Below are positions 1 to 7,896 of a DNA stretch of 24,588 nt, one piece after another. Position 1 is the stretch's first letter. Each line of letters starts with the position of its first letter. The notes beneath the pieces are model-generated. The model was not told the DNA's origin and ran no database searches. It was given only the letters and a program-made list of their open reading frames with translations. The stretch comes from a virus (lineage: Duplodnaviria > Caudoviricetes). Both the position numbers and the translations under genes were made by a program. Where the stretch lies: positions 1 to 24,588 of IMG/VR virus record IMGVR_UViG_3300030012_004117; one strand, given 5' to 3'.

Positions 1-597
1 AATTAGATCCGCCGCCAGAGTGGGAAGGATTACCCCTGCCTTGGGGTGTTCTCCATCTTCAATCGAGCAGACGGACAGTCTCCTGCCATCGGTGGCGACA
101 ACGCGACATCCGTTTTCGTCGGCCTCAAAGAAGACCCCGTTGAGCATATGGCGAGTCGCATCTGTGCTGGCAGCGAAGACCACTGAGTTTAGTGCTTCTG
201 AAAACCTCTCCCCACTGAAATTGAAAACCGTTGATTGCTCATCCAAAGAAGGCGCACAATATTCATCCACTGCGAGTCCTTTGAGCTTTGCTGAGAACCC
301 TTCCGAAGATACCTCAATATCGTTTCGGACTTTTTTGATCTTTACTGGACCAGACATTGACCCAACCAAGCTCCTCATTCTCGATCCAGGGATCAGGACG
401 CTGCCTTCCTCTTTCACTTCAGCCGTAGCCGAAGATACGACTTCTTGATCTAGGTTAGTCCCGCTGATGGACAACTTGTCTCTCTCCGCTTGAAGAAGAA
501 CATTCCCTAGAGCGGGGAGGTTACTTTTTGGTGCGGTTGCTTTGTTTACCACGCTAAACAAGCGCAGTAGTTTTTCTTTTTCAATTTCTAGTTTCAT
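1..597 (-). CDS. dnaN: DNA polymerase III beta subunit (sliding clamp), phage-encoded; 3' end runs off the window
   Basis: Not in the ORF track because there is no stop in the window. Hand translation from ATG at 597 gives MKLEIEKEKLLRLFSVVNKATAPKSNLPALGNVLLQAERDKLSISGTNLDQEVV...VVFAASTDATRHMLNGVFFEADENGCRVVATDGRRLSVC. It contains the beta-clamp motifs P.L.nvL, T(N/D)L(D/E), FAas.d.tR..LnGv and vATDG.RL. ATGA overlap with the upstream ORF stop (594-596). Confidence 0.95.
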   Translation of the reverse strand, partial: MKLEIEKEKLLRLFSVVNKATAPKSNLPALGNVLLQAERDKLSISGTNLDQEVVSSATAEVKEEGSVLIPGSRMRSLVGSMSGPVKIKKVRNDIEVSSEGFSAKLKGLAVDEYCAPSLDEQSTVFNFSGERFSEALNSVVFAASTDATRHMLNGVFFEADENGCRVVATDGRRLSVCSIEDGEHPKAGVILPTLAADLI

Positions 598-872
598 AAA
601 TCTTGATTACAGTTTTCTCTCGTTGGATCTTTGTAAATTTCTAATTCTGGGTAGGGAGTCTCCTCTTTACCTTTAATTTGGTCAAGATGTTTTTTCCAGA
701 CCAAGTCTTTTGCGTATCGAGTCAGGGTAGGTCTTCGTAGGCGCTCACACTCCTGTGTCCTTTCTTCCAGTTCTCTAACCACGGACAGGAACTTTTTTTT
801 GTCCGCCCCCGACAAACACTGACAGAGTTCTTTAACCGCTTGATTTACGTCTTTGTTCTTACTCACACGCAT
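594..872 (-). CDS. hypothetical phage protein (about 92 aa, short coiled coil)
   Basis: ORF 594..902. ATG at 872 (MRVSKNK) is preferred because it overlaps the RuvC stop by 14 nt. Its stop is coupled to the dnaN start (ATGA). Confidence 0.7.
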   Translation of the reverse strand: MRVSKNKDVNQAVKELCQCLSGADKKKFLSVVRELEERTQECERLRRPTLTRYAKDLVWKKHLDQIKGKEETPYPELEIYKDPTRENCNQDL

Positions 873-1350
873 CGGGATATTTTCTTCGTCCGAACTCTGC
901 AATCAAATAGGCATCAATCATACCGTCATGTGGTTTCGTTGACCTGCCTTTCTTCGTCCAATCCTCATCTGGGGTGACCTCTGAAACTAAAGCTAGAGCC
1001 GCCGTTTTAGTGCATCCCGCCGGAATCCTACCTAGAATCTCTAACTGCCACTCCCTCGGCTCCACTGGTAGGACGCGCCAACTTTTGATTTCGCAAGCTC
1101 CAAGCATTTTACCAAAGTTGATAGACATTGATCTCATGGCTTGGCTCGACCTAGCGTGTTTCAGCGGCTCTTCAATCAGGATAAAGGGTTCAGTGTTAAG
1201 GTCTAGTATCCACTCCTTGAACGCGAACACATCGACCTCCCGCTTCCCTTTCCTCTTTAGAATCGGCATGGGGCATTTATCAATAATCTTACCGTGAGGA
1301 GAGATGGCGCATATTCCCCCGTCGATGCCGTTATCAATCCCTACAATCAT
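859..1350 (-). CDS. ruvC: RuvC-like Holliday junction resolvase
   Basis: MIVGIDNGIDGGIC (RNase H-fold strand 1 acidic residue), LIEEP, P..W, and C-terminal HDGMIDAYLIA. ATG at 1350 forms an ATGA overlap with the DUF3310 stop. Confidence 0.88.
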   Translation of the reverse strand: MIVGIDNGIDGGICAISPHGKIIDKCPMPILKRKGKREVDVFAFKEWILDLNTEPFILIEEPLKHARSSQAMRSMSINFGKMLGACEIKSWRVLPVEPREWQLEILGRIPAGCTKTAALALVSEVTPDEDWTKKGRSTKPHDGMIDAYLIAEFGRRKYPDACE

Positions 1351-1628
1351 GGACAGCACTCTAAAAAGTCAGAAGAGGGAGTAACTTTTTTCGGGTCGAA
1401 GAAATCATTAGCCGTAACTTCTCCGCCCCTCTGTAGTTCTCTCTTTCTCCGCTCAATTTCTCTGTTCAGATACCACTGGGCTTTCTCCAAGTCTTGGATG
1501 GTCGCCTCTTTATGTTCCGCCCTCAAAATGTATTTAAGGGCATTACCTAAACAGAAGTTCATGTGTTCGGTGATCTCGATAACCTCGATCCCAGCAGGGT
1601 GTTTTTTATAGTGTGTGGGGCGTTCCAT
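1347..1628 (-). CDS. DUF3310 family protein (T7 gp1.7/SaV-like, putative nucleotide kinase)
   Basis: Signature P.HY....GIEVI...FCLGNALKYILRA.HK....DLEKAQWYL.R.I. Confidence 0.88.
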   Translation of the reverse strand: MERPTHYKKHPAGIEVIEITEHMNFCLGNALKYILRAEHKEATIQDLEKAQWYLNREIERRKRELQRGGEVTANDFFDPKKVTPSSDFLECCP

Positions 1629-1629
1629 A

Positions 1630-2241
1630 TCAATCGTCTACTTCTACGTCGATTATTTTACGTTTCTTGATTTTTACAGCTTCACCTTTACTGGCCTTGG
1701 AGTTGTTAAGGATTGAGATTTCAATGTGCTTCGTCCCTTTATGATTCTCTTTCGCGTTAATCCCGAACGACTCAAAGAGAAGTTTGTGGTATGTCTCTAA
1801 GTCTTTTACGTTTCGGATGGGGGGGAGTTTACCTACTACATCTCTCAAGTGTTGGAGGTAGGCGTTGCCCAAGAACGACCTAATCTTTTCTTGTTCGGTT
1901 AGACTTTTAGAGTCATCAATGTTGCGAAGAATAACTTCAGCCTCCTCCTTGTGAGCCTCTAGTTTGTCGGCACTGTTGATGAACTCTGGATCGAGAATTT
2001 TTTTAGTCTGCGCTTGAAGCTCTGAACTTACGGGATCATCGTCTTCAACTAGGTCGATGGGGTTGTTGTTCACCTCTTCTTTCGAGGGGACGTTCATCTC
2101 TTTGAACCACGCATACAGAGTCGAGCTTGAGATGCCCAGTTCTTTGGCAATTGAAGCCCTCCCCCATCCAGCCGAATCTAATTCAATCGCACGGGCTATC
2201 TTTGCTTTCTTTTGGCGATCTCTTTCTTTTCTCGTAGCCAT
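1630..2241 (-). CDS. HTH DNA-binding protein, probable terminase small subunit
   Basis: N-terminal HTH (GWGRASIAKELGISSSTLYAWFK), helical middle, and C-terminal KIIDVEVDD tail typical of TerS. Adjacent and divergent to terL. Start taken at ATG 2241 (MATRKE). The TerS call is inference. Confidence 0.55.
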   Translation of the reverse strand: MATRKERDRQKKAKIARAIELDSAGWGRASIAKELGISSSTLYAWFKEMNVPSKEEVNNNPIDLVEDDDPVSSELQAQTKKILDPEFINSADKLEAHKEEAEVILRNIDDSKSLTEQEKIRSFLGNAYLQHLRDVVGKLPPIRNVKDLETYHKLLFESFGINAKENHKGTKHIEISILNNSKASKGEAVKIKKRKIIDVEVDD

Positions 2242-2271
2242 TATAAAACATTCTCCCTCATCTATCTTTTG

Positions 2272-2300
2272 ATGCAAGAAGAAAGGCTACGTGCTACTTT
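2272..2300 (+). promoter_or_regulatory. putative extended -10 promoter for terL, probably leaderless
   Basis: ATGCAA(2272-2277)-N17-TACTTT(2295-2300) with TG at 2292-2293 (TGn-10). The terL ATG at 2307 lies 7 nt after the -10 box. Confidence 0.4.
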
Positions 2301-2306
2301 GTGTTC

Positions 2307-4079
2307 ATGCCTGTTAATAAACTAGAGCCTAGAGTAACTAACGCTGGAGATAAAATGATGGTGGGGGGTTTGAAGATCCCCGTGACCAGCACCCTCACCG
2401 CACTTCTCTACGGGTTTGCGAATCATAAAAAACCGGAAGCTAAGGAATATTACTTTTGGCGAATCGCAGATATTCTATGGAATAACGAAGACCTTCCTGA
2501 GCCTCTCATGGAACGTCACCCGTGGGCGGACCTCATGATTAAAGAGGCGATATCCAACAAGTATCTAGCAATAGGTGGGTCGGCAAGTTCCGGTAAGTCA
2601 CACACTATGGCCGCTTGGGGGATTGTGAACTGGCTATCACGCCCCAGTGAAACCTTAGTCCTGATGACTTCGACCACGCTCCGAGAAGCGCGAAAAAGGA
2701 TTTGGGGTTCAGTTATCTCGTTACTGTCAGTGATCGAGGGAATGCCTGGTAAGATCAGGGACAGTATCGGTAACATAGCCTACGTAAATGAGTCAGGGAC
2801 ACTGATCGAGAAAGCTGGTCTTTCACTCATCGCCGCAGAGAAGTCCAAGACAAGGGAAGCAGTTGGCAAATTCATCGGGATCAAGCAGCGGCGCGTCATC
2901 CTTATTGGCGACGAATTATCCGAAATCAGTTCCTCGATCCTCAACGCTGGTCTTTCTAACCTGTCGAAGAACCCAGAACTTCAGATCATCGGCATGAGTA
3001 ACCCGTCATCGAGGTTCGATGCGTTCGGGGTCTGGTCTGAGCCATTATTAGGGTGGGAATCTATGGACATCCTCCACGCAGACGAGTGGAAAACAAAGTG
3101 GGGCGGCAAGTATATCCGACTAGATGGTGAGCGCAGCCCCAACATCCTCGCGGGAGAGACAAAGTATATCTACCTACCAACAGAAGAGAAACTTGATGAG
3201 GACAGAAAGCTGCTAGGCGAAGAGTCGAGAGCATATATGCGAATGGTCCGCGCCGTGTTCTTCGATAGCGACGAGAACGAGGGCATCTATTTAGAGTCAG
3301 AGTTATCTCAAAGCGGAGCCATGAACCCTGCATCGTGGGCGGGGACTCCGGTTAAGGTCGCAGGGCTAGACCCCGCCTTCACCAACGGAGGCGACCGAAC
3401 GATTTTGTTTACGGGTCTGGTTGGATACTCGACCACGGGGCAGTTTGTTTTCGAGTTCGGGAAGCTATTTCAGTTAACGGATGACTCATCGAATAAGGCA
3501 GTGCCACGAACCTACCAGATCGTCACCCAAGTCATGAACATCTGTAAGAAGGAGGGGGTATCCCCAGACAACTTGGCAGTGGACTCCACAGGTGCGGGTG
3601 CGCCATTCTGTGATGTCCTCTCAGGCGAGTGGTCGCCTCAAATCTTACGTGTATCCTTTGGGGGAAAGCCTTCGGACAAAAGGGTGTCCTCAAACAGTCG
3701 GCTCACTGGCATTGACCTCTACACGAACCGTGTGTCGGAACTGTGGTTCGTGGGCAAGGAACTGATGCGGACGGGTCAGATCTCAGGAATCGGGAATGAG
3801 TTGGCGGCAGAGATCGTAGCTCGAAACTACGAGATGGTGAAGTCAGGGTCGCTCAAGATCAAGATTGAGTCTAAGCCCGACTTCAAGACCAGGTTCGGGA
3901 GGTCACCGGATATTGCTGATGCCGCCTTCCTCGCTCTCGATTGCGCTAGACAAAGGCACGGGTTGGTAGCTATGGACCCACCGAAGGAGGGTTCTCCGTT
4001 CACGATGCGCCCCCAGAGAACGATTAAATCTATGTCACAGTCACTGGTTAACAACGACTCAATGTTGTTGAAGGACTAA
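2307..4079 (+). CDS. terL: terminase large subunit
   Basis: Walker A GGSASSGKSH, Walker B VILIGDE, coupling motif GMSNP, RNase H nuclease AGLDPAFTNGGD, AVDSTG and terminal RSPDIADA. Confidence 0.95.
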   Translation: MPVNKLEPRVTNAGDKMMVGGLKIPVTSTLTALLYGFANHKKPEAKEYYFWRIADILWNNEDLPEPLMERHPWADLMIKEAISNKYLAIGGSASSGKSHTMAAWGIVNWLSRPSETLVLMTSTTLREARKRIWGSVISLLSVIEGMPGKIRDSIGNIAYVNESGTLIEKAGLSLIAAEKSKTREAVGKFIGIKQRRVILIGDELSEISSSILNAGLSNLSKNPELQIIGMSNPSSRFDAFGVWSEPLLGWESMDILHADEWKTKWGGKYIRLDGERSPNILAGETKYIYLPTEEKLDEDRKLLGEESRAYMRMVRAVFFDSDENEGIYLESELSQSGAMNPASWAGTPVKVAGLDPAFTNGGDRTILFTGLVGYSTTGQFVFEFGKLFQLTDDSSNKAVPRTYQIVTQVMNICKKEGVSPDNLAVDSTGAGAPFCDVLSGEWSPQILRVSFGGKPSDKRVSSNSRLTGIDLYTNRVSELWFVGKELMRTGQISGIGNELAAEIVARNYEMVKSGSLKIKIESKPDFKTRFGRSPDIADAAFLALDCARQRHGLVAMDPPKEGSPFTMRPQRTIKSMSQSLVNNDSMLLKD

Positions 4080-4100
4080 AGTATACTAAATTAGTAGAGA

Positions 4101-4143
4101 ATCAGGTGTTCACAATTTATCGGAAAAATTGTGAACACCTGAT
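4101..4143. terminator. perfect 18-bp inverted repeat between convergent genes, likely bidirectional terminator
   Basis: ATCAGGTGTTCACAATTT (4101-4118), 7-nt loop, AAATTGTGAACACCTGAT (4126-4143). It lies between the stop codons at 4079 (+) and 4155 (-). Confidence 0.75.
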
Positions 4144-4154
4144 GTTAAATCTTT

Positions 4155-4559
4155 TTAGATCTTAGCCCAGTATCCGTAGACCATCTTTTCACGACTGTCC
4201 CAAGTATCGTGTATTTGCCCGTCGATGACGGCTACGTAGTGTGCTGCCATCCTAGCAATGACTCTGCCATGAGGAAGGTCGCTAAATCGAGCCTTCCTTC
4301 CTGCAAATTTAGGAGCGGAACACCAGCCCCAACCCAGTTCCTTTAATGCCGCTGAAAAGTCATCCTTGTAGATTCCTCTAGAGATAGCCCTACTGCCCAT
4401 TCTGCCGACCACACTTGCATCTTTCAGCCTTTTGCGAGACTCTTCATAAGAAAGTTCACACGCGATAGCTAAGGCGCGAATTCCGCAATCGTATTCACTT
4501 TTAAACCCAGCCGCTTGGCGGCCCCCATCATTGTAGATATACAACTTCATAGTTTTCAT
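4155..4559 (-). CDS. small papain-like/C39-like Cys-His-Asp fold phage protein
   Basis: YNDGGR..AGF...DCGIRALAIA (Cys at helix start), HYVAVIDG (His), DTWDS (Asp). Start at ATG 4559 or 4550. Confidence 0.6.
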   Translation of the reverse strand: MKTMKLYIYNDGGRQAAGFKSEYDCGIRALAIACELSYEESRKRLKDASVVGRMGSRAISRGIYKDDFSAALKELGWGWCSAPKFAGRKARFSDLPHGRVIARMAAHYVAVIDGQIHDTWDSREKMVYGYWAKI

Positions 4560-4596
4560 TTTACTTTTTACAAAAGCCACTAAGTGTGGCTACTAC

Positions 4597-4624
4597 AGTA
4601 TACAGAGTTTTTTAAAGTTGTCAA
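4597..4624 (-). promoter_or_regulatory. sigma70-type promoter for the 4155-4559 gene
   Basis: Minus strand TTGACA (4624-4619)-N16-TATACT (4602-4597), about 40 nt upstream of the ATG. Confidence 0.7.
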
Positions 4625-4633
4625 CAACAAAAT

Positions 4634-4817
4634 GTATAGTAACTATACCCCATTTGAGGTATTCGGGGTGCGCGGTCTTATACAAACCATAACAGGAAGT
4701 AATTACTTGCCCTAAAAACGTGTGATACATTGTTTCATATCTTTAAAAAAAGTCTCCCGTGAGAGAGGTTGTGTTTATCTGAGTCAGACAAACACAAATG
4801 AAATCTTAAAGACTTTT
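4634..4817. repeat. cluster of dyad-symmetry elements in a divergent intergenic region
   Basis: GTATAGT-A-ACTATAC (4634-4648); AAGTAATTACTT (4697-4708); TTGTGTTTATCTGA-G-TCAGACAAACACAA (4769-4797, 14-bp arms, 1 mismatch) with outer arms AAAAGTCT (4748-4755) and AGACTTTT (4810-4817). Confidence 0.7.
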
Positions 4818-4927
4818 ATATAGTATTATAAGAAGCGCATTAAAACACACGCTATGTTGTCGTGTTAGGTAATATATAGTGGAGCGACTACCCCTTGCGT
4901 TTATTAGGAAATAGATTATTTTTATTG

Positions 4928-5218
4928 GTGGCACAGAAATTTAAAAGACTTCCCTCTGGGCGTATCCAATATAAAGGTGAATCCTTCCCAGGCTTCAATA
5001 AGCCCAAACGCGCTCCGAAAGATTCAAAAAAGAAGTTTGTCGTCCTCGCCAAGCAGGGAGATAAGATAAAGAAAGTTAGTTACGGACACAGAGATTACCA
5101 AGATTTTCGACAACATAAAGATCCAAAGCGGCGAGCTAACTTTCGTTCTCGCCACAATTGCAAAACCGCAAAAGACAAGACAACGGCCCGATACTGGGCT
5201 TGTAAGCACCTCTGGTAG
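4928..5218 (+). CDS. small basic viral protein, DUF5754/DUF6321-like
   Basis: KKKFVVLAK.GDK.K.V.YG...YQDF.QHKDPKRRANFRSRH.C......TARYWACKHLW. GTG start at 4928 (MAQKFK) is preferred over TTG at 4895. Confidence 0.7.
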   Translation: MAQKFKRLPSGRIQYKGESFPGFNKPKRAPKDSKKKFVVLAKQGDKIKKVSYGHRDYQDFRQHKDPKRRANFRSRHNCKTAKDKTTARYWACKHLW

Positions 5219-5223
5219 AAGAC

Positions 5224-5655
5224 ATGAAAAAAGGGAAAAAAGGTAGGCGTAATCGCCAAGGGGGAATGAACACGGACACTCCTGCGTCCCCTTCACTTAT
5301 GAAGTCCCCAACTGCGAACCCTAATTCTAAGCCTCTTGGCGGGAACAAGGGGAATACTACTAACCCCAACGCAACGCCTCTTGGGGGAGCCTCTAAACCT
5401 AGAGGACTTGATGAATTTTATCAAATGCAAGCAGATAGTTTTGCGGGTATTTCACCTGGATCTACTCAAACCACCGCTGTTCCCAGCACCTCTCCTACTT
5501 CTAACTCGCTCCCCATGAAGTCTCCAACCACCAACCCCAGAGCTTCTGCGGGGGCTGGCTATGGGCGAGCAATTGGGACAGAACGCTCCAGTTTGTTAGC
5601 TACAAAAAAGGATGTTTTGAATAGCGTTAAAAAGAAAAAGCCCAAGACGAGATAG
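5224..5655 (+). CDS. basic, P/S/T/G-rich low-complexity putative virion/core protein
   Basis: 143-aa ORF with K/R-rich ends and an internal repeat MKSPT(A/T)NP at 5299 and 5515. It shares a motif with the next ORF. Confidence 0.7.
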   Translation: MKKGKKGRRNRQGGMNTDTPASPSLMKSPTANPNSKPLGGNKGNTTNPNATPLGGASKPRGLDEFYQMQADSFAGISPGSTQTTAVPSTSPTSNSLPMKSPTTNPRASAGAGYGRAIGTERSSLLATKKDVLNSVKKKKPKTR

Positions 5656-5684
5656 TTAAAATTTACCCCCACTCAATACACCTC

Positions 5685-6722
5685 ATGAGAAAGAATAAGA
5701 AAAAACCTCGCCAGCAGAGAAAGAACGACCTCCGGCAGCTAAAGGATGCTCGTCAATCCGTCAAGGCTGCCCGTCAATCTGTCAAGGATGCCCGTCAATC
5801 CTACAAGGAAATTCGTCAGCAGGAGAAAAAGGGCAGCAAAGCTGGGAACACAGATGCCCCACCCCCTGTCTCTGTGGCCCCCCCTACTAAACAGGACTTG
5901 GAAAAGACATTTGAAACAGGTGAACCCATCAGGGTTGCAACTCCATCTGATGAGTATACAAAGCCGAAAAATAAAAGCCAACTCTTAGAGAGACAAGAGG
6001 CTGCTGGGGCTTTGATGGAAGCGATGAAGATGCGCCCAGGAACTGATAGAGAAGATGCCATTGCAAGGGCATCAATGAGAGCCGAGGGTGCAGGAGTCTC
6101 GCCAGCGCGTATAGATCGATTTGTAAATGAACCAGAGTTTGCTAAAGCTGAAGCATTGCGGAGAGTAAGAGCCGCTGGAGAGAGGGCTGTTGCCGAAGGA
6201 AAGAAGCCCTACGATAGCGGAAGGCCCAAAATCAGCGGAGAAAAATATGCTGAAAAAGCGACAGAAGCACGGGCGCAAGGATATACTGGAGTTAAAGGAG
6301 ATGGCGGATTAGCCGAGCTTTACCAGATGCAAGCGGACAAAGCGCAAGGTGTAGCTCCTGGAACATTTACAGCTTTGGCGAAGGGGTCCAAGATGATCGC
6401 CCCCGATGAGCGAATACTAAAGCGTCTGCGCTCTAAAGTAGCGATGGGTGAACTGACTCCAAAGGGAGCGGGTAAGAAGCTGCAACAAATCAAAGATCGA
6501 AAGAGGGCTTACGACGACCCTAGAGGCTATGCCGAAGCACTAAGAGAACGAGCCGCAGCTATACAAGAAGCGATCCGAACCGGATCTCCTATTCCTAAGA
6601 GAGAAGTAGAAGAAATTCAAGGACAGCTTTCTGAATCTGATAAGAGAAGGCTCGAAAGAAAAAGAAACAATTCCAATCTTAGAGGGGGAGCAACGGGCGT
6701 TTTAAATAGCCGAGTTCGTTAA
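5685..6722 (+). CDS. basic helical putative internal virion protein
   Basis: 345-aa ORF, A/K/R/E-rich, with an N-terminal heptad repeat. Collinear with the giant virion gene. Confidence 0.75.
   Translation: MRKNKKKPRQQRKNDLRQLKDARQSVKAARQSVKDARQSYKEIRQQEKKGSKAGNTDAPPPVSVAPPTKQDLEKTFETGEPIRVATPSDEYTKPKNKSQLLERQEAAGALMEAMKMRPGTDREDAIARASMRAEGAGVSPARIDRFVNEPEFAKAEALRRVRAAGERAVAEGKKPYDSGRPKISGEKYAEKATEARAQGYTGVKGDGGLAELYQMQADKAQGVAPGTFTALAKGSKMIAPDERILKRLRSKVAMGELTPKGAGKKLQQIKDRKRAYDDPRGYAEALRERAAAIQEAIRTGSPIPKREVEEIQGQLSESDKRRLERKRNNSNLRGGATGVLNSRVR
5742..5825 (+). repeat. 21-bp tandem repeat (4 degenerate copies) encoding K(D/A)ARQSV heptads
   Basis: aaggatgctcgtcaatccgtc / aaggctgcccgtcaatctgtc / aaggatgcccgtcaatcctac / aaggaaattcgtcagcaggag. 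Confidence 0.9.
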
Positions 6723-6743
6723 GTATTAAATTTATAAGTTAAT

Positions 6744-7874
6744 ATGGAAGACGATTTTTATAATAGGAATATTGCTGTTTTAAAAGGCAATAACTTTGGT
6801 CTTGGGAGCGGATCTCTTGAAAACCAACGGAGGTTTGAGGAATACTATTCTAGTGCTATAGATCCTATTCGTAAATCTATTAAGGACACTGAGGAAAGAA
6901 GAATGCAAGCCGAGAGGAGTCGGCAAATTCTTGAAGCAGAAAAAGAGCGTTTAAGAAAGGAATCAGCAGAGGCAGAAGCGAAGAAAGCGGCTCAAGAAAA
7001 AGTAGATAAGGCTTTCGGTGCGTTGGGGGTAATTCAACAGATAAAAGACCCAGAAGAAAGACGAGAGGCTTTCGATAAATACGAATCTAGTTTGACTATT
7101 GCGGACCGCCAAGACTCAAAAATCAAAGCGGCTCTTACTATGACTGAACAGGGGATTAAGGAATACGAAAAAGAAATAAAAGATCAGCAAAAGGATAAAG
7201 ACTCTTCAATGGAGGCGAGGGCAAATCTCCTAATTAGTAAGGGAAAATTAAAACAAGCCAGAGAATTGGCTAGTGAAATTTCAGACCCAGTGAAGAGGGA
7301 CACGGTGTTATCGACTGTAGTAGATAACAGACCAAGCTCAACTGCTGATCTTAAAGAGGACTTTAGCAATTTGACGAAAACGGCGACATCTGCTTTGTCG
7401 GAACTTTCTAAAATTACACCTAGCTCAATTTCTCCAGAACCCGAAGCTGGTCCAACTGAAGAGGTAAAAGTGATCACCGAGGCTCCAGAAGTCTCGGAGG
7501 AGGGAGACTCGCAGGAGTCTTTTATTTTTGATGAGGAGGTGGCTTCGGGGGGTTCCACTAAAAGTTCCAATCAACAAATATATCGAGCCGCTAGGAACGC
7601 TTACTTTACATTGTTTGGAGCCGAAGAAGCGGATAAGTTGTTCAAGGATGATCCAGATAACATGACCCCCAAAGAACTCAGCGACTTGTTTGATACGGCT
7701 ACTAAAAAGGTGGCGGAGATTAAAAGAAAGTCCCGAACAAACAAAAAATTCTTTAAACAGTTTGTTGCTGGCGAAGGTGTATTAGATTCCTCAAAGGAGG
7801 TTAAAAAGTCAAAATCACCCTCAACTCCCGAAGGTAATCAAACTTTTGGTGGGTCGGAATTTTATGGGATATAA
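6744..7874 (+). CDS. coiled-coil putative ejection/internal virion protein
   Basis: 376-aa E/K-rich helical ORF directly upstream of the giant protein. This matches the usual position of podovirus ejection proteins (inference). Confidence 0.7.
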   Translation: MEDDFYNRNIAVLKGNNFGLGSGSLENQRRFEEYYSSAIDPIRKSIKDTEERRMQAERSRQILEAEKERLRKESAEAEAKKAAQEKVDKAFGALGVIQQIKDPEERREAFDKYESSLTIADRQDSKIKAALTMTEQGIKEYEKEIKDQQKDKDSSMEARANLLISKGKLKQARELASEISDPVKRDTVLSTVVDNRPSSTADLKEDFSNLTKTATSALSELSKITPSSISPEPEAGPTEEVKVITEAPEVSEEGDSQESFIFDEEVASGGSTKSSNQQIYRAARNAYFTLFGAEEADKLFKDDPDNMTPKELSDLFDTATKKVAEIKRKSRTNKKFFKQFVAGEGVLDSSKEVKKSKSPSTPEGNQTFGGSEFYGI

Positions 7875-7896
7875 ACAAGTTTTCAGTTAACTGTCA

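Noticed and set aside
20-448. 142-aa plus-strand ORF
   Set aside because: Antisense shadow of the dnaN frame, Ser-rich and without motifs.
974-1611. Plus-strand ORFs 974..1297 and 1294..1611
   Set aside because: Antisense to RuvC and DUF3310, which have clear family motifs.
2057-4054. ORFs 2057..2272 (+), 2516..2776, 3061..3333 and 3827..4054 (-)
   Set aside because: Shadows of the HTH gene and terL.
5024-7570. Short alternative-frame and antisense ORFs over the virion genes
   Set aside because: Fully nested in better ORFs. Their composition reflects the reverse or shifted reading of repeats.
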